In this document: in pieces, positions 38,159 through 48,833 of the stretch
Layout of the letters: every line of letters starts with the position of its first letter
Position numbering within the stretch: position 1 is the stretch's first letter
Origin: Histomonas meleagridis 2922-C6/04-290x
Lineage: Eukaryota > Protista > Parabasalia
NCBI GenBank assembly: GCA_020184695.1
Contig: JAANOX010000064.1
Location: forward strand, 62,001 to 126,000
Reading direction: 5' to 3'
Length of the DNA: 64,000 nucleotides
Notes under the pieces: model-generated
Seen by the model: the letters and a program-made list of their open reading frames with translations, nothing else
The model's database searches: none
Told to the model about the DNA's origin: nothing
Translations under genes and position numbers: made by a program

Positions 38159-38779
38159 TTATTGTAGAATATCTTTGCTATTGATGAAAATGGCACCTTT
38201 TGACTTCATTTCATCAATTGCTGCCTGAGAATTGCTTTGATCTACTGCAGCAATTCCATCTTCTATCACAAAGACCTTATATCCAAGTGACAAACCATCA
38301 ATAACAGATGACTTCACGCAAAAATCTGTTGCAACACCAAGCACGTAAAGCGTTTTCACGCCAAGCTTTTGTATTTGTTCTGATGCATTTGTTTGACTGG
38401 ATTTAACCACATCAAAGAAACAACTATAAGAATCAATTTCAGGGGAACATCCTTTGACTACAAAAAGATCATCTTGATGAACATCTAAATCGGGATGAAT
38501 TTTAGCTCCTTCTGAATTTTGGACGCAATGAGCTGGAAATAATACTTGCTTATATAACGATGTTTCAATGATATCACCAGCGCTATGTCCAGGGTGACTG
38601 CTTACAAAGCTGACGTGATTCGATGGATGCCAATCTTGTGTCCACATGACATGCTTAAAATGTGAACGTAGCCTATTAATAACAGGAATTATGTTCATAG
38701 CACTTGCTACTGAAAGGCTCCCTGTAGGGCTAACGAAATCATTTTGCATATCAATTACAAGAAGAAGAGAATCTTCCAT
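38159..38779 (-). CDS. pncA: Nicotinamidase/pyrazinamidase
   Basis: IDMQNDF, TQDWHP..H.SF, FPAHCVQ, KG..EIDSYSCF, GVATDFCVKSS. Confidence 0.9.
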   Translation of the reverse strand: MEDSLLLVIDMQNDFVSPTGSLSVASAMNIIPVINRLRSHFKHVMWTQDWHPSNHVSFVSSHPGHSAGDIIETSLYKQVLFPAHCVQNSEGAKIHPDLDVHQDDLFVVKGCSPEIDSYSCFFDVVKSSQTNASEQIQKLGVKTLYVLGVATDFCVKSSVIDGLSLGYKVFVIEDGIAAVDQSNSQAAIDEMKSKGAIFINSKDILQ

Positions 38780-39005
38780 CGAGAAAAATATTGCGTAAAA
38801 GTGACATGCACAAGAATTTAACGGTCGATTTTATGGTAACTTTTTGGTGGAATTGCCGATAGGTTAAATTTTTGAATAACGATCACTAAATCCACAATTT
38901 AATACATACAAATATTTAAGGCTCAAAATGGCAAAAATATGTATGTTGCCATTTAGGAATTCAAAAAATCGATGAAAAATTTGTGGGGCTAAAGGAAAAG
39001 CTTTG

Positions 39006-39554
39006 CATCAAAATATCGTAAAAAATATTTAAAATAAAGTAATTGAGAAATGTTAAAAAAATTCGAAACAAAAATTCAATTGCAAATCGCATATTATGAA
39101 TTTATAAAATATAAAATATATATATACTAACATTATTTATTTAATGCAAGAAAATTATATTCGAATATAATAATAATAAGTAATAATAAGAAAAATATAT
39201 TTGGAAACAGGTTTTTCATGTTCCAACTTCTCATGTCTTTTTTATGCTTTTTGATCGTATTTATAATAAACATTTTTATTTCCGAATCAATTATTAATTT
39301 ACTAAAATAATATGGTAACATCAACTGAAATTATTATATTGTTCATTATATTTCAAAATCAATTTTCATGATTTTTTGATTTTAAAATGAATCAATATTA
39401 ACTGAATATTAATCAAAATTAATGAAAAATTTAAATATATCATCTTATTTTAAAAAATGTAAGAGAGAGATTTCAACTTTTTAATTTAAAGTGAAATTGA
39501 TTATCTATCAGAACAATATTTTTTCGGTGGCGACCGTTTGGAGTACAACCTTAA
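39006..39554. repeat. Dispersed non-coding repeat, copy A (copy B at 51751-52426)
   Basis: Collinear similarity ending in a 45-bp identical block AACAATATTTTTTCGGTGGCGACCGTTTGGAGTACAACCTTAAAA. Confidence 0.8.
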
Positions 39555-39835
39555 AAATTTTTATCAATAGCCTAATAACGCCCATTTAATGGATGTGCTT
39601 AACTTATTTTTTCTTTAACATTTAATTTTTGAACCAAATTTCTTATGCATGAATTTTTTCCAACCATTTAATAGATTATCCTAAAAGAAACTTATCTTTA
39701 GTAGAAAAAAAAAAGTAACAAAAACAACTCAGATAAAAAGTATGGTGCTTGTATCATATTATTTTATTCAAACGGTCTATTGTGGGTTTTTATTCATTTG
39801 AATAATTCTGAAGAGTTTAAATAACTTTAAAAAGT

Positions 39836-42170
39836 CTAAAACATATAACTATCAATTCCTTTTTGTTCAAGAAGTAACTGAACTATTTCTGTATGACCCT
39901 TTTCATATGCTTTAATAAGAGCGGTATAAAACTATTTAAATAATTTCCAAATAATATTTTGAAATATTAAATTATTAAAATAAATTTTTAATAAAACAAG
40001 AAAATATCTTTAGCATTAATATCAATTCCTTCTTGTTCAAGAAGTAATTTGACTATTTCTGTATGACCATTTAAAGATGCATTAATAAGTGCTGTCCAAA
40101 ATAATTTAAATAATTTTCAAATAATATTTTGAAATATTAAATTATTAAAATAAATTTTAAATAAAACAAATAAATATCTTTAGCATTAACATCAATTCCA
40201 TCTTGTTCAAGAAGTAATTTAACTATTTCTGTTTGACCATATATAGATGCAAACATAAGTGCTGTTTTAAATAATTTAAATAATTTCCAAATATTCTTTT
40301 GGAATAAGAAATTATTAAAATAAATATCAAATAAAATAAATAAACACCAAATAAAAGAAATAAATATCTTTAGCATTAATATCAATTCCTTTTTGTTCAA
40401 GAAGTAATTTAACTATTTCTATATGACCATATTTAGGTGCAAACATAAGTGCTGTTTTAAATAATTTAAATAATTTCCAAATATTCTTTTGGAATACCAA
40501 ATTATTAAAATAAATCATAAATAAAACAAATAAATATCTTTAGTATTAATATCAATTCCTTCTTGTTCAAGAAGTAATTTAACTGTTTCTGTATTTCCAT
40601 TTTCAGATGCACGCATAAGTGCTGTTCTAAATAATTTAAATAATTTCCAAATATTATTTTGAAATAAGAAATTATTAAAACAAATTTCAAGTAAAACAAA
40701 TAAATATCTTTAGCATTAATATCAATTCCTTTATGTTCAAGAAGTAATTTAACTATTTCTGTATAACCTTTTTCAGATGCATAAATAAGTGCTGTCCAAA
40801 ATAATTTAAATAATTTCCAAATAATATTTTGAAATCCAAAATTATTAAAATAAATATTAAATAAAATAAATAAATATTAAATAAAACAAATAAATATCTT
40901 TAGCATTAATATCAATTCCTTTATGTTCAAGAAGTAATTTAACTTTTTCTATATCACCTTTTATAGTTGCCCAAATAAGTGGTGTATTAAATAATTTAAA
41001 TAATTTCCAAATATTATTTTATAATATCAAATTATTATAATAAATTTTAAATAAAAGAAATAAATATCTTTAGCATTAATATCAATTCCTTTATGTTCAA
41101 GAAGTAATTTAACTTTTTCTATATCACCTTTTATAGTTGCCCAAATAAGTGGTGTATTAAATAATTTAAATAATTTCCAAATATTATTTTATAATATCAA
41201 ATTATTATAATAAATTTTAAATAAAAGAAATAAATATCTTTAGCATTAATATCAATTCCTTTATGTTCAAGAAGTAATTTAACTGTTTCTATGTGACCAT
41301 TTAAAAATGCACACATAAGTGCTGTTTTAAATAATTTAAATAATTTCCAAATATTATTTTATAATATCAAATTATTATAATAAACTTTAAATAAAACAAA
41401 TAAATATTTTTAGCATTAATATCAATACCTTTATGTTCAAGAAGTAATTTAACTGTTTCTGTATTATCATTTGAAGATGCTTCAATAAGTGCTGTATTAA
41501 ATAATTTAAATAATTTCCAAATATTATTTTGAAATAAGAAATTATTAAAATAAATATCAAATAAAATAAATAAATATTTTTAGCATTAATATCAATTCCT
41601 TTTTGTTCAAGAAGTAATTTAACTATTTCTGTATAACCTTTTTCAGATGCTCTAATAAGTGCTGTATTAAATAATTTAAATAATTTCCAAATAATATTTT
41701 GAAATAAGAAATTATTAAAATAAATTTTTAATAAAACAAATGAATATTTTTAGCATTAATATAAATTCCTTTTTGTTCAAGAAGTAATTTAACTATTTCT
41801 ATATGACCTTTTGAAGCTGCTAACATTAGAGGTGTATTAAATAATTTAAATAATTTCCAATTATTATTTTGAACTATCAAATTATTAAAATAAACATCAA
41901 ATAAAACAAATGAATATTTTTAGCATTAACATAAATTCTTTTTTGTTCAAGAAGTAATTTAACTATTTCTATATGACCATTTAAAGTTGCTAACATTAGA
42001 GGTGTATTAAATAATTTAAATAATTACCAATTATTATTTTGAAATAAAAAATTATTAAAATAAATATTAAATAAAAGAAATAAATATTTTTAGTATTAAT
42101 TTTAATTCTTTCTTGTTCAAGAAGTGATTTAATGATTTTTGTATGACCTTTTTCAGAAGCTCTCATAAGA
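39836..42170 (-). repeat. Spacer-interrupted ankyrin array 4: 14 modules
   Basis: GAAGTAA anchor at 39871, 40041, 40211, 40401, 40571, 40741, 40931, 41101, 41271, 41441, 41611, 41781, 41951, 42121. Periods are 170 except two of 190. All modules are stop-free. Confidence 0.95.
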
Positions 42171-43395
42171 AAAGTTTGAAATAATTTAAATAATTTAAAT
42201 AATTTTCTCTCTTTTGATTTAATATATTAATATATTTACTATTAATTAAGTAATTAAAAAATTCTTTATTTACAGCTGCAACACAATAAATTTGCTCGAT
42301 ATTTATTGAAATTGGATTTTTTTCATAGAGATATTGGAAAATGAAAAGATTGCCTAAAACAATTGATGTAATGATCAAAGAATCATAGATACTCATACCT
42401 TCCTTTACAAAAAATGAAAGGATTTCAAAGTTATTGAATAATATACAATTCTTTCCTAATTCTTTTAAATTATAAATTTCAACAATTTTATTATCATAAA
42501 GATAATGAAAGATTTCATTTCTATGAAATTCAATTGCTGCTTCATATGCATTTTGAAATGATGAATGATTTTGTTCACATAAATGAATAATTTCTTCATT
42601 TCCTCCTGCAACTGCATATTTACCTGTATTTTTTACATTAGCTTCATTAATAAGTAAATATCTAAAACATTTAACTGACCCAAAAAACGCTGCATAATCA
42701 ATTAATGTAACACTCGAATTGTTAATAAATGAACATCTTTCATAAAGTGATGGTTCAATTCTTTGATTAAAATCAAATTCTTCTTTTGATGATATTTCTT
42801 GAAATTTTTCTATTTCATCATTTCGAATTATTTTTGCAATTTCATTTGGATTAACTCCTTCTTTAATCAATTGCTTATGAAGCTCCCAATCATTCTTTGA
42901 TAGTTCTTCATAATTATCGTAAAAATATTTGGTATAATAATTTTGTTCAATGATTTTATCATTTGACGTATGATGTACAAAAAAATATGATGTTGTTATG
43001 CTTTTACATAAATTTGGTTCAATTAATTCGTTTATAATCATTTTTTCTAAAAGAAAAAATGATTCGTTTGTACTAGTTGAAATTAAAAAACAAGCAAAAA
43101 CATCTCTAAATATGTCATATGATGTGTTATATCGTTCTTTTTCTTTTAATTCAAGTTTTTTTAAAAATTCGAAACATATTTTATCAGAATATTTTGTTGT
43201 ATAATACACATTATATACATTTGAACATATAATTAAATTAAATGAATATGGAAATTCTTGATTAAAATATGTTAAAGAAGACTCAACAGATTCATCAATA
43301 TTTTCATCATTTAAATTGAAAATGATTTGTTCAACAGATTGTAATATTTGTAAATTTTCATCGTATTGATTTGTCCCACTCTGAGAAGAACCCAT
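42163..43395 (-). CDS. DUF3447-ankyrin head of locus 4
   Basis: Same DUF3447 motif set; likely start MGSSQS at 43395. Confidence 0.85.
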   Translation of the reverse strand: MGSSQSGTNQYDENLQILQSVEQIIFNLNDENIDESVESSLTYFNQEFPYSFNLIICSNVYNVYYTTKYSDKICFEFLKKLELKEKERYNTSYDIFRDVFACFLISTSTNESFFLLEKMIINELIEPNLCKSITTSYFFVHHTSNDKIIEQNYYTKYFYDNYEELSKNDWELHKQLIKEGVNPNEIAKIIRNDEIEKFQEISSKEEFDFNQRIEPSLYERCSFINNSSVTLIDYAAFFGSVKCFRYLLINEANVKNTGKYAVAGGNEEIIHLCEQNHSSFQNAYEAAIEFHRNEIFHYLYDNKIVEIYNLKELGKNCILFNNFEILSFFVKEGMSIYDSLIITSIVLGNLFIFQYLYEKNPISINIEQIYCVAAVNKEFFNYLINSKYINILNQKRENYLNYLNYFKLFL

Positions 43396-43650
43396 AAAGA
43401 AATGTCCCGAAAACGTGATTTTCAGGGGGGTTGATAACAAAACGATAATAACCGTACAAAATTAACGGCCAACCTGGTTTTTTTGTATAGTTTATGCAAT
43501 TCTTTCAATAGTCTGTTAGGTTACATCGTGGTTATGTAAAACCGTTTTTACACTCATAATTGTGAGGTTTACATGGTTCCCACTCAATTTTGAAAGGCCA
43601 AATGGAAACCACCATTTTTCAGAGCAAAACCGCACGAATGATTGATCAAA

Positions 43651-44130
43651 ATGAGTAACGAAGATTGCCCAGTTGTCGCAACATTCTTCTCATTCCTTGG
43701 CGTTGCAATTGCGCTCGCTTTCACAGCAATTGGATCCGGATATGGTACAGCTAAATCAGCTATTGGCGTTTTTGCTGTTTGTTCAATGCATCCTGAATTT
43801 ATCTACCGTGGTTTGATGCCAATCATTATGGCTGGTATTGTTGGTATTTATGGTTTAGTTACTGCTGTTATCATTGCTCCAAGTGTTAGGCCCCCATATC
43901 CACTTTTCAGAGGTTATGCAAATCTTGCAGGTGGCCTTTCAGTTGCTTTAACCGGTCTTGCTTCAGGTATGTGCATTGGTGTTGCCGGTGATGCTGCTGC
44001 TCGTGCTATGGCTGAACAACCACGTTTGATCATGGGCGCTATGCTTATTCTCATTTTCGGTGAAGTTCTTGGTCTTTATGGCTTCATTGTCTCAATCATC
44101 TTGAGCACAAAAACTGCTCCATGCGAATAA
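43651..44130 (+). CDS. ATP6V0C: V-ATPase proteolipid subunit c (16 kDa)
   Basis: GSGYGTAKS, PIIMAGIVGIYGLV, GMCIGVAGDA, LILIFGEVLGLYG with the conserved Glu. Confidence 0.95.
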   Translation: MSNEDCPVVATFFSFLGVAIALAFTAIGSGYGTAKSAIGVFAVCSMHPEFIYRGLMPIIMAGIVGIYGLVTAVIIAPSVRPPYPLFRGYANLAGGLSVALTGLASGMCIGVAGDAAARAMAEQPRLIMGAMLILIFGEVLGLYGFIVSIILSTKTAPCE

Positions 44131-45090
44131 GCTCTCATCATTTGAAATAAAAACAAAAACAAAAGATTATTTTCAAACATTCGCATTAAATTAACGGCCT
44201 CTCACGGTCAAATTTTTTGACGATACGTTCAACCGTTTATTTGTTTTTTGAGGTACTTCAACTCCCAAAAAACAGATTTTTTTCTTCTTTTTTCATTACA
44301 TATGTAAGCATTCCATGAATTATACAATAATTTATATTTTAAATCAAAAAATTTTATAAACTCATGAAATATATTTTTTAATCATTTTTTTTAAAAAATT
44401 TATTTTTTCCAGTCATTCATTATTAACTTATGATGGATTTCATATTGTATTGATTTGAGAACTTGAAACTCACCAGGAATAAAAATTAATACAAATTTTT
44501 TTTTCTTCCATTTTTTAAAAAATTGATGTGAAAAATTATATAAAGTGGCGACCTGGTTTATTTTAAATATTTATTTTTAGGATAACTTAGAATCGTTGTT
44601 TTATAAATTATCAATATAAATTTTATTGAAATCGAATAAATAAAAATATTTTATTATCGGAAAAGTGTAGTATTTTCCAAAATATTCATTTTTTGCAAAA
44701 AATAATATATTATAAACATTATAACCAACACAATAACTATTAGAATACCTAGTTATTTTTGTTAAAAATTAAATGAGAAGATGAAACAAACTCATTTTCG
44801 ATTTTTCATTATTTCGGATAAATTTTTTGATAAATATTTTGTAAATCTAATTATATTAATATATTCAAGTATGAAATAATAAACTTTATGTCTTATTAAA
44901 ATATATTGGCATAATCCAAAGATATTATCATTTTTAATTTTGTTCTAACAATAAGCGGTTATATAACCCACCCCTGTTCCTACTTGCTAGCCGACCAATT
45001 AATGATAGAAATTAACAGGGAATTGAGATATTCATTTTGGGGTTTCATATGTTCATCATTTTCTGACATTATCAGTTCAAAAAAATTATC

Positions 45091-46296
45091 ATGAATCAAC
45101 AAAATGAATATAGAAATCAAAATGAATTTGAAACACTTCTATTAATTAAACAAATAATATTTAATTTAAACAAAGAAAATATTACACAATCAGCAAGTTT
45201 GATATTGAAAAAATATAATGAAAACCACATATATTCTTTGAATATTATAATAAGTCAAATAATATATTCATTTTTTGTTGCAAGAATAAATCGTTTTGAT
45301 ATATATATTGGTTTTATGAAAGAAATTAAAAACCTTGAAGATGAAAATATCAAAATATTTGAAATATTTGCAAAATTTCTTATAAATAAAAATACACAAG
45401 AAGCAAATTATATTCTTAATAACTTGATTAAAAACAATTTAGTTAAATCAACAATTCTTCAAAATAAAATCAAACCATATTTTATACATTATGTTTCCAA
45501 CGAAGAAATTGATGAATTCATCAAAAATTCGAAATATCAAAGATTTATTGATCAAATTACAGAAAATTATGAAGAACTTTCAAAGAATGATTGGGAACTT
45601 CATAAGAAATATGTTGAAGAAGGAGTTAATCCAAATGAAATTGCGAAAATAATTCGAAATGATGAAATAGAAAAACTTCAAGAAATATCATCACTAAATG
45701 ATTTTGATTTTAACCAGAAAATTAAACCATCAATTTATGAAAGATATTCATTTATTAATAAAGAAGATATTTCATTAATTAACTTTGCAGCATTTTTTGG
45801 ATCAATTAAATGTTTTAAATATTTACTTATGAATAATGCAAATATAAATGATACAGGAAAATATGCAATAGCAGGTGGAAATCTTGAAATAATTCATTTA
45901 TGTGAACAAAATCATTCAACATTTGAAAAAGTTTATAAAACAGCAATTAAATTTCATCGAAATGACGTCTTTAAATATATTTATGAAAATAAAATTAAAA
46001 ACATTAAAAAACTCAAGAAGTTAGGGAAGGAATGCGTTTTATATCATAATTACGAAATTTTATTATTTTTACAAGAAGAAGGAATGAAAATCAAAGATCC
46101 TATTATTAATGAATCAGCGAGAACTGGTAATATTTTTCTAATAAAACATTTTCTAAAAACAAAAAAACTTTCAGATAGCATCTTAATTTTTTCTGCAGAA
46201 TCAGGAAATGTTGAACTTGTAGAACATATCATACAGCAAAAAGGAATTAATGTGATTATAAAAAATATTTATTTCATGTTTCATTATAACATTTGA
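45091..46296 (+). CDS. DUF3447-ankyrin head of locus 5
   Basis: Intact 401-aa ORF ending in the first spacer. Confidence 0.85.
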   Translation: MNQQNEYRNQNEFETLLLIKQIIFNLNKENITQSASLILKKYNENHIYSLNIIISQIIYSFFVARINRFDIYIGFMKEIKNLEDENIKIFEIFAKFLINKNTQEANYILNNLIKNNLVKSTILQNKIKPYFIHYVSNEEIDEFIKNSKYQRFIDQITENYEELSKNDWELHKKYVEEGVNPNEIAKIIRNDEIEKLQEISSLNDFDFNQKIKPSIYERYSFINKEDISLINFAAFFGSIKCFKYLLMNNANINDTGKYAIAGGNLEIIHLCEQNHSTFEKVYKTAIKFHRNDVFKYIYENKIKNIKKLKKLGKECVLYHNYEILLFLQEEGMKIKDPIINESARTGNIFLIKHFLKTKKLSDSILIFSAESGNVELVEHIIQQKGINVIIKNIYFMFHYNI

Positions 46297-48457
46297 AGTT
46301 TTTTCATATCATTTCAAAAAGCATTTATTAAAGCATCTGAAAAAGGAAACATAGAAATTGTTAAACTATTTATTGAGCAAGAAGGAATTGATATCAACAT
46401 AATTGATATTTATTTTCTTCGTTTAGTATTTTTTGGAATAATTTGGATTTTTTTCATAAGAAATTTTACAGCATTGATATATTCATCTCAAAATGGTCAT
46501 ACTGAAATAGTTAAATTACTTCTTGAACAAAAAGGAATTGATGTTAATACTAAAAATATTCATTTGTTTGATTGAAAATTTATTGTAATATTTTGATATA
46601 CAAAAATAATGTTTGGAAATTCTTTTAAATATTTGAAACAGCTCTTATGATTGCATCTAGTAAAGGATATATAGAAATAGTTAAATTACTTCTTGAACAA
46701 AAAGGAATTGATATCAATGCTCAAAATATTTATTTGTTTTATTTAAGTTTTGTTTCAATTTTTTGATGTATCATAATAATATTTGGAAATTATTCAAATT
46801 ATTTAGAACAGCACTTATTTATGCATCTTCGTTCGGAAATGTTAAAATCTTTAAATTACTTCTTGAACAAAAAGGAATTGACGTTAATATAAAAGATATT
46901 TATTTATTTTATTTCATATTTATTTTTAATGTTTTGGATCTTAAAATAACATTCGGAAATTATTCAAATTATTTGAAACTGTACTCACTTTTGCAACTTC
47001 AAACAATAATATAGAAATAGTTAAATTGCTTCTCGAAAAAAAAGAAATTAATGTTAATGTAAAAAATATTTATATATTTTATTGAAAATTTATTTTATTA
47101 ATATGATATTTCAACAAAATATTTGGAAATTCTTTAAAATATTTGAAACAGCATTTATGATTGCAACAAGTAAAGGATATGGAGAAATAATGAAATTGCT
47201 TCTTGAACAAAAAGGAATTGATACTAAAAGTATTTATATATTTTATTGATAATTTATTTTAATAATATGATATTTTAACATAATGTTTGGAAATTGTTTA
47301 AATTATTTGAAACAGAACTTATAAAAGCATCTCAAAATGGATATTTAGAAGTAGTTAAATTACTTCTTGCACAAAAAAGAATTGATATTAATGCTAAAGA
47401 TATTTATTTGTTTTATTTAAAATTTATTATAATAATTTGATATTATAAAATAATATTTGGAAATTATTTAAATTTTTTAAAACAGCACTTATGTGTGCAT
47501 TTTTAAATGGTCACATAGAAACAGTTAAATTACTTCTTGAACAAAAAGGAATTGATATTAATGCTAAAGATATTTATTTGTTTTATTTAAATTTTATTTT
47601 AATGATCCAATATTTCAAAATAATATTTGGAAATTATTTAAATTATTTTGGACAGCACTTATGTGGGCATCTGAAAATGGTCATACAGAAATAGTTAAAT
47701 TACTTCTTGAACATAAAGGAATTGATATTAATGCTAAAGATATTTAAATGTTTTATTTGATATTTATTTTAATAATTTTATGTCACAAAATAATATTTGG
47801 AAATTATTTAAAATATTTCAAACAGCACTTATGATTGCTTCTAGAAATGGTCATACAGAAACAGTTAAATTGCTTCTTGAACAAAAAGGAATTGATGTTA
47901 ATGCTAAAGATATTTATTTGTTTTATTTAATATTTATTTTACTAATTTTGGATATCAAAATAATATTCGGAAATGATTTCAATTATTTTGGACAGCACTT
48001 TTTGAAGCATCTGACATCGGAAGTTCAAAAATAGTTAAATTACTTCTTAAACAGAAAGGAATTGATGTTAATGCTAAAGATATTTATTTGTTTTATTTAA
48101 TATTTATTTTTATAATGTACAATTTCAAAATAATATTTGGTAATTATTTCGATTTTTTTTGACAGCATTTATGGTTGCATCAAAACAGTGCAACATGGAT
48201 GTAATTGAATTACTTCTTGAACAAAAAGGAATTGATGTTAACGTTTTTGATATTTATTGATTTTATTTGATATTTGTTTTAACAATTTGTTATTTCATTA
48301 TATTTGAAAATTATATAAATTATTTTCTACAGCATTTTTTGTTGCATCTCAAAATTACACTGCAAGATCTCAATTACTTTTTAAACAAAAATTTAACTAC
48401 AAAGATATTTATTTTTTTGATTTGATATTTATTTTAATGTTTTCGATCTTCAAGTAG
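46267..48457 (+). repeat. Spacer-interrupted ankyrin array 5: 13 modules
   Basis: Module starts 46318, 46468, 46638, 46808, 46978, 47148, 47312, 47482, 47652, 47822, 47992, 48162, 48329. Spacers 51, 60, 80 x10, 77 nt. Module 6 has an in-frame 6-nt deletion. Confidence 0.95.
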
Positions 48458-48833
48458 CTATTCAGAGTAAAAATAATTCATGCCAAAATGAAATGATACC
48501 AAATCCCAAAGTTTAGTACCATCAATAAAAAATCATCTATTTTAAAAATATTTTTTTAAGTAAATATATGCAAACTTTAATATTGCCATATAATATAAAA
48601 TTTGAATTTATAAGAAAATTTTATCTGATCATTTTCTTTCTGATTATCAAAAAAATAAAAAAGTTCTAAATAAAAAATAAGTAATTTGATAACAGCAAGA
48701 CACATCAAGTTAAAAAAGTTACAAAAAAATAAGCAGAGACATAATGTAATTTACTTAAAATTTGTAACTTGAATTCTCTACAATAGAAACCGTTTATTAA
48801 TTTTGCACACTCAGACATGTTATGTAAAATGTA

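Noticed and set aside
39836-42170. CRISPR array or bacterial integron interpretation of the 170-nt periodic arrays
   Set aside because: Eukaryotic context, no cas or integrase gene, and the variable part is ankyrin coding sequence.
43534-44240. Hairpins flanking the V-ATPase c gene (43534-43574 and about 44190-44240)
   Set aside because: Short AT-rich stems expected by chance; no second copy or family match seen.
47402-47481. Single programmed ribosomal frameshift through the spacer
   Set aside because: The incoming frame stops at 47438 before the outgoing frame clears its stop at 47446.
47572-47651. Canonical GT-AG or U12 AT-AC intron in the spacer
   Set aside because: The GT in TTGTTT is not conserved across copies, there is no AG or ACTAAC near the 3' end, and AT..AC excision (G|AT..AC|A) leaves the frame shifted.
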